A DNA stretch of 64,000 bases, taken from Candidatus Saccharimonadales bacterium. GTDB taxonomy: Bacteria; Patescibacteriota; Saccharimonadia; Saccharimonadales; UBA10212. The notes beneath the pieces were generated by a model, which was not told the origin of the DNA, searched no databases, and saw nothing but the letters and a program-made list of their open reading frames with translations. The translations under genes and the position numbers were made by a program. Of this stretch, positions 47,797 through 53,595 are shown piece after piece. The stretch covers positions 65,859-129,858 of the forward strand of contig DASTHW010000016.1 of NCBI GenBank assembly GCA_035717985.1, in the 5' to 3' direction. Position 1 is the stretch's first letter; each line of letters begins with the position of its first letter.

Positions 47797-47847
47797 TACT
47801 TTGCATTCTATCATGCCGCCTGGGCCGGACAGCTGATAATTAAGGGG

Positions 47848-48411
47848 TTAGATGGTCAGAATTTCCTGCTCTTTAGCTTTAGCCAGAGCTTCAACCTCTT
47901 GTTTTTGCTCAGCCAGCAGATCATCGACCTGTTTCTCTAGACGCAAACGGTCATCTTTGCTAATCTGTTTGTCTTTCTCGGCCTGCTCGGTGCGGCGCAT
48001 AGCCTCATGGCGGATTTGGCGGCCGCTAATTAAACATTCTTCCAGCTTCTGACCCACAATTTTCACCATCTGGCCTCTGGTCTCCTCTGTCAGAGGCGGA
48101 ATTTGGATCCGCACGACCCGGCCGTCGTCAGCCGGATTCAGTCCCAGGGACTGGTCGTCTCTAATGGCGGTTGAGATGGCTTTTAAATTAGCCGGGTCAA
48201 ACGGCGAAACCTGAATTAACTGAGCTTCGGGCGTAGTGATAGTGGCGACTGCTTTTAAGGGCATAGTTTGCCCGTAGGCCTCTACCATTACCCCGTCCAG
48301 CATTCCGGGGTGGGCCCGGCCGGTGCGGATCTTACTCAGCTCCTCACGAAGGTGGTCCGAAGTAGCGGCTAATCTACGCTTAGTCTCCTCGACTGCCTGA
48401 TTTGAATTCAT
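47848..48411 (-). CDS. frr: Ribosome recycling factor
   Basis: KIRTGRAHPGMLDGVMVEAYG...LGLNP...IRIQIPPLTEE. I chose the start at ATG 48411, giving 187 aa; the track TTG at 48426 lies inside a TATAAT box. Confidence 0.95.
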   Translation of the reverse strand: MNSNQAVEETKRRLAATSDHLREELSKIRTGRAHPGMLDGVMVEAYGQTMPLKAVATITTPEAQLIQVSPFDPANLKAISTAIRDDQSLGLNPADDGRVVRIQIPPLTEETRGQMVKIVGQKLEECLISGRQIRHEAMRRTEQAEKDKQISKDDRLRLEKQVDDLLAEQKQEVEALAKAKEQEILTI

Positions 48412-48417
48412 TTTAAA

Positions 48418-48423
48418 ATTATA
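48418..48423 (-). promoter_or_regulatory. -10 box (TATAAT) 6 nt upstream of the frr ATG; candidate leaderless promoter
   Basis: The minus strand reads ttgTATAATtttaaaATG. The -35 is poor. Confidence 0.4.
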
Positions 48424-48478
48424 CAATATTCACTACCCTTGAAGAATAAGCATTTAAATGTTATAAATTATTCTGGCC

Positions 48479-48507
48479 TTGACACTATAACCCTGCCAAC
48501 TTTAAGT
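48479..48507 (+). promoter_or_regulatory. Sigma70-like promoter of cassette module 1
   Basis: TTGACA (48479-48484), a 17-nt spacer, then TTAAGT (48502-48507). AAAGGAGA SD at 48523-48530. Confidence 0.45.
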
Positions 48508-48533
48508 CTCGCACCTATTGTCAAAGGAGAAAA

Positions 48534-48719
48534 ATGTCCTCAGCCGACTGGCTCAAGGTGGCCGGGACCTACGCCGTCTTGGCGTTGGCCGGATTCAAGA
48601 CGTACAGGTCTCTGGAGCGCGGCGAAATCGTCCGGTCCATGAGCCTGGCGAGCGTGCTGGCCTCTGTCGGGGTCTGCGTCTACTCAGCGTTGGCGGCAAT
48701 TGCCGTTACGAACTCCTAG
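48534..48719 (+). CDS. Small two-TM membrane protein (61 aa)
   Basis: ATG 4 nt after AAAGGAGA, GC3-rich codons, and two hydrophobic helices (WLKVAGTYAVLALAGF / LASVLASVGVCVYSALAAIAV) joined by a basic loop. Confidence 0.6.
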   Translation: MSSADWLKVAGTYAVLALAGFKTYRSLERGEIVRSMSLASVLASVGVCVYSALAAIAVTNS

Positions 48720-48726
48720 GGAGGGG

Positions 48727-48807
48727 ATGATGAGCCGTAGTGAAACGGCCCTCCGCTGGCTGATGGTGATGGTAGCCCTGGCTACCATCCTCGTCCTGGC
48801 CCGTTAG
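48727..48807 (+). CDS. Micro-ORF, 26-aa single-TM peptide
   Basis: Not in the ORF track (<60 aa). GGGAGGGG SD lies right before ATGATG. It translates to MMSRSETALRWLMVMVALATILVLAR and has GC3-rich codons. Confidence 0.45.
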   Translation: MMSRSETALRWLMVMVALATILVLAR

Positions 48808-48909
48808 CGGACAGGCGCTGGAGGTGTTAACCCTCCGGCAAGCGGCCGACACTTAGTCGGTCCCGGGTAAGTGCGGGGTTGAAGCGCGTCTTAGAGCGCT
48901 CCCCCGCTG

Positions 48910-48954
48910 GCGGCATGAACCGCTCGCAGTATTTTTTACTCGCGGTCATGCCGC
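48910..48954 (+). terminator. Long imperfect inverted repeat; putative terminator of cassette module 1
   Basis: GCGGCATGA-ACCGC-TCGCAGTA / TACT-CGCGG-TCATGCCGC gives about 18 bp with three bulges and a TTTTT loop, followed by CTCTTTCATT. Confidence 0.4.
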
Positions 48955-48979
48955 TCTTTCATTAAATAATCCCTGCCAT

Positions 48980-49008
48980 TTGATAATGGCTCAATAAAAT
49001 TTTATAAT
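48980..49008 (+). promoter_or_regulatory. Near-consensus sigma70 promoter of cassette module 2
   Basis: TTGATA (48980-48985), a 17-nt spacer, then TATAAT (49003-49008), within a ~30% GC spacer. Confidence 0.65.
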
Positions 49009-49075
49009 TCGCCTCAGTTTACGTCCCCGTACACCCATGCGAGCGTAGGCTCGCTCCTCAACAAGGAGGTACCTC

Positions 49076-49729
49076 TTGACGGCTATCGCCGTACCAGCTC
49101 CGCAGGAGCCGGTTGATCCGGTCAGAGCGTTCATCGACCGCACTGCCGGCCGGCTGTTCGCGGCCGCGGGCTTCACGCCCAACCAGGTGACCGTTCTGGG
49201 CACCCTGGTGGCCCTGAGCGGGTGCGCGGTCTGGACCCAGCAGACGCACTCGCCCAAGCTGTACTGGGTGGGCTGGGGCCTGACGCTCGGCGGCACGGGG
49301 CTCGACGCTCTTGACGGTTCAGTCGCGCGGGTGAGAAACATGCACACCCGGTTCGGCGGCCTGCTGGACTCGCTGACCGACCGGGTCGTCGAGACTGCCA
49401 TCTGGGCGGCTCTGTTCTGGCTCTGCTCCGCCGACTGGGGCCGGCTGGGCTGTCTGCTGGCCCTGGCTGGTTCGTTCATGGTCAGCTACACGCGGGCCAA
49501 GGCGGAGCTGGACGGCCTGCGCGGCACGGCTGGCTGGGGATCGCGCCAAGTGCGCCTGCCCCTGCTGGCTGTCTGCGTGCTGGCGGCCCACTGGACCGGC
49601 TACAACTGGGTCGGCTGGCCGGTGGCCGTGCTGGCCTGGCTGACGGTCATCCAGCGCGCCGGTTCGATCAATCGTCAACTGAGCCCGTCCGACGATCCCA
49701 CTAGCTGGGGTCACGGTGGACAGCTCTAA
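49076..49729 (+). CDS. CDP-alcohol phosphatidyltransferase (PIP-synthase/PgsA-like, ~6 TM)
   Basis: TTG start 6 nt after AAGGAGG (49063-49069). It has the full motif D77-x2-D80-G81-x2-A84-R85-x8-G94-x3-D98-x3-D102 (LDALDGSVARVRNMHTRFGGLLDSLTD, nt 49304-49381). Confidence 0.9.
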   Translation: MTAIAVPAPQEPVDPVRAFIDRTAGRLFAAAGFTPNQVTVLGTLVALSGCAVWTQQTHSPKLYWVGWGLTLGGTGLDALDGSVARVRNMHTRFGGLLDSLTDRVVETAIWAALFWLCSADWGRLGCLLALAGSFMVSYTRAKAELDGLRGTAGWGSRQVRLPLLAVCVLAAHWTGYNWVGWPVAVLAWLTVIQRAGSINRQLSPSDDPTSWGHGGQL

Positions 49730-49744
49730 CCGAGAGGAGGGCTT

Positions 49745-49942
49745 TTGAGTCCGTTCGAACGCTGGCTGATCGCCGTCAGCTTGAACCTGCTCGGTGCGGC
49801 GTCGGCCATCTTCTGGCGTCAGTGCCGAAACGGCGGCGTGGTGTCCCTTGGGCGGTTCTCCGTCAGCGGGGTGGTGCCAGCTCTGGTGGGCGCCGGCGGA
49901 GTCGCTCTCATGACGGGCGACATCCTCTACATCTACGCATAG
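49745..49942 (+). CDS. Small two-TM membrane protein (65 aa)
   Basis: TTG start 4 nt after GAGGAGG (49734-49740). Two helices (WLIAVSLNLLGAASAIFW / VVPALVGAGGVALMTGDILYIY) joined by a basic loop, with GC3-rich codons. Confidence 0.55.
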   Translation: MSPFERWLIAVSLNLLGAASAIFWRQCRNGGVVSLGRFSVSGVVPALVGAGGVALMTGDILYIYA

Positions 49943-49955
49943 AGAAGGAGGAGAC

Positions 49956-50060
49956 GTGCTGGAGTGGCTGTGGGCCAGCCTGGTGTGGTCCGGTGTCGGG
50001 CTGGCGTTTGGCGGCCCGCTCGCCGCCCACGCCCTGCTGGAAGCTCAGCCGGGGCCATGA
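49956..50060 (+). CDS. Micro-ORF, 34-aa single-TM peptide
   Basis: Not in the ORF track. GTG start 4 nt after AAGGAGGAG. It translates to MLEWLWASLVWSGVGLAFGGPLAAHALLEAQPGP, with almost every third codon position G/C. Confidence 0.45.
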   Translation: MLEWLWASLVWSGVGLAFGGPLAAHALLEAQPGP

Positions 50061-50085
50061 CGCCGGCTTTCCGGTACCTCCAAGC

Positions 50086-50152
50086 AGAACCCCGCCCGAG
50101 GCACGCCTCGGGCGGGGTTCTCCGTGCGGCCGATGGGTACGGCCGCTTTTTT
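50086..50152 (+). terminator. Tandem terminators closing the cassette
   Basis: Hairpin 1 is a perfect 16-bp stem, AGAACCCCGCCCGAGG-CACG-CCTCGGGCGGGGTTCT (50086-50121), with no U-tract. Hairpin 2 is GCGGCCG-ATGGGTA-CGGCCGC (50126-50146) followed by T6 (50147-50152). The pair lies 9 nt from the convergent tsf stop. Confidence 0.8.
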
Positions 50153-50160
50153 AATTTAGA

Positions 50161-50760
50161 TTAGCTAACTTCGCCTAAAACCATGCGCGAAAAGCGCCTT
50201 ACAACAATGTTTTCGCCCAGTTTAGCAATGTGCTCTTTAATGTAATCGCCAACCTTAATATCTGGGTTTTTGATGAAGGCCTGATCACTCAAGCACTTCT
50301 CGGCAAAATATTTGGCTAGCTGACCCTCGACTATTTTATCTATCATTTCGGATGGTTTACCCTCGGCTTTGGCCTTGTCGCTAAACTCAGCTGAGACTGT
50401 CTTTTTGACGCTGGCCGGCACGTCGCCTGCTGAAATATATTCTGGCCCAGCGGCCGCTATGTGCAGGCAAATATCTTTAACTAACTCCTTAAATTCATCA
50501 GTCTTAGCTACAAAATCGGTCTCGCAGTTTACCTCGCAGATGACACCAATGCGGCCGTCGTGCACATAGGAGCCGATTAAGCCGGCCCGGGCCTCGCGTT
50601 CGCCGCGCTTCTCGGCTTTGGTTAGGCCTTTTTTACGCATTGCTGAGAGAGCTTTGTCGAAATCACCTTTAGCCTCTACTAGGGCCTGCTTAGCGTCGGT
50701 TATGCCGACGCCGGTCAGGCTCCGCAGGCGTTTAATTTCGTCGATTGATATGTCGGCCAT
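50161..50760 (-). CDS. tsf: Elongation factor Ts (short ~200-aa form)
   Basis: N-terminal UBA-like IKRLRSLTGVGITDAKQALVEAKGDFDKALSAMRKKG and VNCETDFVAKT. Its start overlaps the rpsB stop (TAATG). Confidence 0.95.
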   Translation of the reverse strand: MADISIDEIKRLRSLTGVGITDAKQALVEAKGDFDKALSAMRKKGLTKAEKRGEREARAGLIGSYVHDGRIGVICEVNCETDFVAKTDEFKELVKDICLHIAAAGPEYISAGDVPASVKKTVSAEFSDKAKAEGKPSEMIDKIVEGQLAKYFAEKCLSDQAFIKNPDIKVGDYIKEHIAKLGENIVVRRFSRMVLGEVS

Positions 50761-51581
50761 TAGTCTTTGCCCTCTTTTACGGCTGGGGCTTTAGCTTTGG
50801 CCGCTGGTTTAGCCGGTTCTTCTTTAGTGTTTGCTTTAGCTACCGGCTTGGCTGGTTTATCGGCATCCGGCTTCTCGGCGGCTGGTTTTTTAACTTTGGC
50901 TTTGCCTTCTTCGATAGCCTGAGCCACACAGTCTAGTATTAAATTAATGGTCTTAGCGGCATCGTCATTAGCCGGAATCGGAAACTTTATAGATGTTGGG
51001 TCGGTGTTGGTATCTACTAGAGCAATTACTGGGATTTTTAGCTTATTAGCTTCACGTACAGCGTTAACATCGTTGAGTATATCCACCACGAAGACGGCTC
51101 CTGGTTTGGCAGCCATCTCTTTAATGCCCCCGTAAAGCTTGTTCATCTCATCAATTTCTTCGCTCATCCGCTGAACTTCCAGCTTGCTGTAGCGGTTAGC
51201 CAGCTCGCCGCTTATCATGCGGCTTTCCAGATCTTTTAGATGACGGATACGTGAGCCGATAGTAGTTTGGTTGGTCAGCATACCGCCTAGCCAACGCTGG
51301 GAAACATAGGGCATACCGGCGGCCTCGGCCACTTCTTTAACCTTGTCTTTAGCCTGACGCTTGGTGCTAACCAATAAAACTTGCTTCCCGGCGGCGGCTG
51401 TCTCGCGGATAAAGCTTAGAGCCTCATCTAACGCGTTCACAGTTTTGGTTAAATCAATAATGTGGCTACCGTCGCGCTTGCTGTGAATATAGGGCGCCAT
51501 TTTGGGGTGCCAGCGGCTGGTTTTGTGCCCAAAGTGAGCCCCGGCCTCTAGCAATTCTTTAATATCTACGGCATTAGCCAT
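50760..51581 (-). CDS. rpsB: 30S ribosomal protein S2 with a K/A/P-rich C-terminal tail
   Basis: LLEAGAHFGHKTSRWHPKM..., with a ~50-aa tail KVKKPAAEKPDADKPAKPVAKANTKEEPAKPAAKAKAPAVKEGKD. Confidence 0.97.
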   Translation of the reverse strand: MANAVDIKELLEAGAHFGHKTSRWHPKMAPYIHSKRDGSHIIDLTKTVNALDEALSFIRETAAAGKQVLLVSTKRQAKDKVKEVAEAAGMPYVSQRWLGGMLTNQTTIGSRIRHLKDLESRMISGELANRYSKLEVQRMSEEIDEMNKLYGGIKEMAAKPGAVFVVDILNDVNAVREANKLKIPVIALVDTNTDPTSIKFPIPANDDAAKTINLILDCVAQAIEEGKAKVKKPAAEKPDADKPAKPVAKANTKEEPAKPAAKAKAPAVKEGKD

Positions 51582-51699
51582 CTAAAATAATCCTTTCTCA
51601 CCAGACTAAGTTAACTTTTTAGGTTCGGAGCCGAGATTCTAAAAAGAGGATTCTTGCTTAGCCTTGTTTAATAATTTAGCTTGTTAATTGTACCTCTAT

Positions 51700-51728
51700 T
51701 TGACGGTGTTTTGCAATAAGCCTAGTAT
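51700..51728 (+). promoter_or_regulatory. Sigma70-like promoter upstream of ORF 51739
   Basis: TTGACG (51700-51705), 17 nt, then TAGTAT (51723-51728). The ATG is 10 nt downstream with no SD. Confidence 0.4.
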
Positions 51729-51738
51729 CTGAATTGCC

Positions 51739-52020
51739 ATGAACGCCAAAAAAGGCATAGACAGCCACTTTTGTGATTTGCGCGAAAGTTTAACTGATGA
51801 GGCCGCCCAGGCATACGTCGTTTTGGGCGGCGAGCACAACCAAGATGTTGTGCTTTGGGAAACTATGGCGATAGCGGCCGAACGTAGCCGGGCTCTAAAT
51901 AGACTGCTAAAGAACCCTGGCTGGTTCATCGGAGCCCTGTACAACACCTATGGTGAAGGCGAGTATCAACTTTGGCGCGATGAAGTTACCAGGAAAGCCA
52001 AAGACCTACAGGACGGTTGA
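51739..52020 (+). CDS. Hypothetical 93-aa protein
   Basis: ORF with its own candidate promoter. No recognised domain. Confidence 0.45.
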   Translation: MNAKKGIDSHFCDLRESLTDEAAQAYVVLGGEHNQDVVLWETMAIAAERSRALNRLLKNPGWFIGALYNTYGEGEYQLWRDEVTRKAKDLQDG

Positions 52021-52045
52021 CCAACAGAGGTAAATTAGTTACAAT
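52017..52045 (+). promoter_or_regulatory. Sigma70-like promoter of rpmE
   Basis: TTGACC (52017-52022), 17 nt, then TACAAT (52040-52045). Confidence 0.55.
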
Positions 52046-52058
52046 AGCCAGGCTATGA

Positions 52059-52138
52059 ATCCCGTTAGAAATTCCGGCTTACCTAATCAGGCAAGGAATG
52101 AATACGGGGTAATCGTAAGAAAGGATTCCTAACGGGAT
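52059..52138 (+). promoter_or_regulatory. Structured rpmE 5' leader that sequesters the SD and start codon (candidate L31 autoregulatory element)
   Basis: ATCCCGTTAG (52059-52068) pairs with CTAACGGGAT (52129-52138, which includes the AT of the ATG). AATTC (52070-52074) pairs with GGATT (52123-52127, the SD region). Confidence 0.4.
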
Positions 52139-52478
52139 GAAAAAAGGTTTACACCCCGATAATTACCGGCCAGTAGTCTTTCAGGATTTGAATGACAACA
52201 CTACTTTTCTGACCCGCTCCACCGTGTCCAGTGATGAGACTATCGAGCTAGACGGCGTTACTTACCCTTTGGTTAAAGTTCACATTAGTTCAAGCTCACA
52301 CCCGTTTTTTACCGGCGAAGAGCGCATCGTTGACGTTGAAGGCCGGGTAGATAAATTTAAAGCCCGCCAAGCCGCCGCCCGTAAAGCCCGTGAAACGCGG
52401 GCCTCGTCCAAGCCCAAATCTAAAAAGTCTAAGGCTCAGGCTCAAAAGCTGGGCACAAAGACCAGCGCTAGCCGCTAA
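52137..52478 (+). CDS. rpmE: 50S ribosomal protein L31, type B (no CxxC), with a basic C-terminal tail
   Basis: [17 protein letters not shown]...[10 protein letters not shown], with the tail [30 protein letters not shown]. Confidence 0.93.
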   Translation: MKKGLHPDNYRPVVFQDLNDNTTFLTRSTVSSDETIELDGVTYPLVKVHISSSSHPFFTGEERIVDVEGRVDKFKARQAAARKARETRASSKPKSKKSKAQAQKLGTKTSASR

Positions 52479-52491
52479 CTAGTTAACCAAA

Positions 52492-52521
52492 ACCCTTCGT
52501 TTGTTAACCAGACGAGGGGTC
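52492..52521 (+). terminator. Putative terminator after rpmE
   Basis: ACCCTTCGT (52492-52500) / ACGAGGGGT (52512-52520) form a 9-bp stem including one G-U pair, with an 11-nt loop and T-rich downstream sequence. Confidence 0.45.
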
Positions 52522-52528
52522 TTATAAT
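52501..52528 (+). promoter_or_regulatory. prfA promoter; the -10 box is 8 nt from the ATG (candidate leaderless)
   Basis: TTGTTA (52501-52506), 16 nt, then TATAAT (52523-52528), then ttaaactt and ATG 52537. There is no SD. Confidence 0.5.
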
Positions 52529-52536
52529 TTAAACTT

Positions 52537-53595
52537 ATGGACTCACAGGAAAATAATTTACGGCAAGAGTATCAAGCTCTAAGCGAAAAGCTAAAAGAGC
52601 CGTCTATTTATGCGTCTAAAGACTACCCGGCGCTAGCCCGCCGGGAAAGCGAGCTGAAAAAAATTCTCGATCTTTACAGCGAACTTGGTGCTCTCAACTC
52701 CCAACTGTCGGAAGCTAAAGTTATGGCCGGCGCCAGCGAGCTGGAGCTAGCCGAGCTAGCCCGTGCAGAAATTGAAGAGCTAGAGTCGAAAATCCCAAAC
52801 CTCAATTCACAATTGTCCGAACTGCTCCTGCCCAAAGATCCAAATGACGAGCGGGACTGTATTATGGAAATTCGAGCCGCCGCCGGCGGCGATGAAGCCA
52901 GTCTGTTTGCCGGAGAGCTTTACCGGATGTACGCCCGTTTCTGCGAGGCCCAGGGCTTTAAACTAGAGCTAGTCAGCCAAAGCCCGGCCGAGGCTGGCGG
53001 TTATAAAGAAATTATTTTTGAAGTTCACGGTCAGCAAGCTTATAAGATGCTCAAGTTTGAGGCCGGCGTGCACCGCGTACAAAGAGTCCCGGTCACCGAA
53101 AGTCAAGGCCGAATACACACTAGCACCGCTACTGTAGCGGTCTTACCAGAGGCCGAGGAGTCAGATGTCGAGATTAGACCCGAAGATATCCGGGTCGATG
53201 TGTTCCGAGCCAGTGGCCACGGCGGCCAATCGGTAAATACCACAGACAGTGCCGTACGCATTACTCACCTGCCAACCGGCATTGTAGTCAGCCAGCAGGA
53301 TGAAAAAAGTCAGATTAAAAACCGTGATAAAGCTATGAGCGTTTTGCGGGCGCGGCTTCTGCAAAGAAAAATTGAACAAGAGCAAAGCCAGATGAGCGCC
53401 GCGCGGCGGGCGCTAATTGGAAGCGGCGACCGTAGCGAGAAAATTCGCACCTATAATTTCCCGCAGGACCGCATTACCGACCACCGCGTCAATTATTCTC
53501 GCAGTAACTTGCCGTCGGCCATGGACGGGCAAATTGACGATTTGATCGAAAAACTGCAGGAGGCTGAGCTAGAGCTAATTAAAAATGAGCCATGA
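52537..53595 (+). CDS. prfA: Peptide chain release factor 1
   Basis: [12 protein letters not shown] (PxT region) and [23 protein letters not shown] (GGQ). Confidence 0.96.
   Translation: MDSQENNLRQEYQALSEKLKEPSIYASKDYPALARRESELKKILDLYSELGALNSQLSEAKVMAGASELELAELARAEIEELESKIPNLNSQLSELLLPKDPNDERDCIMEIRAAAGGDEASLFAGELYRMYARFCEAQGFKLELVSQSPAEAGGYKEIIFEVHGQQAYKMLKFEAGVHRVQRVPVTESQGRIHTSTATVAVLPEAEESDVEIRPEDIRVDVFRASGHGGQSVNTTDSAVRITHLPTGIVVSQQDEKSQIKNRDKAMSVLRARLLQRKIEQEQSQMSAARRALIGSGDRSEKIRTYNFPQDRITDHRVNYSRSNLPSAMDGQIDDLIEKLQEAELELIKNEP

Larger units (their letters stand above)
48534..50152 (+). other. Compositionally foreign high-GC cassette (five plus-strand ORFs, two promoters, terminators)
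   Basis: Hand GC counts of 60-nt lines give 39/60 (48541-48600), 44/60 (49141-49200) and 43/60 (49201-49260), against 29/60 in frr (47881-47940). The internal promoter spacer 48955-49021 is about 30% GC. Confidence 0.85.

Noticed and set aside
48439-48730. Track ORFs 48439..48642 and 48518..48730 overlapping the first cassette ORF.
   Set aside because: These are alternative frames without an SD. The frame starting at ATG 48534 follows AAAGGAGA and encodes a clean two-TM hairpin.
48915-48965. 16-codon ORF (MNRSQYFLLAVMPLFH) inside the long inverted repeat.
   Set aside because: It has no SD and is explained by the hairpin sequence itself.
48991-50154. Long ORFs antisense to, or out of frame with, the cassette genes (48991..49479 minus, 49319..49714 minus, 49058..49249 minus, 49822..50154 plus, 49964..50164 plus).
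   Set aside because: Their products are R/P/S/A-rich, low-complexity sequences typical of shadow ORFs in 70% GC DNA. They lack SDs. The plus-strand frame I chose carries a complete catalytic motif and GC3 bias.
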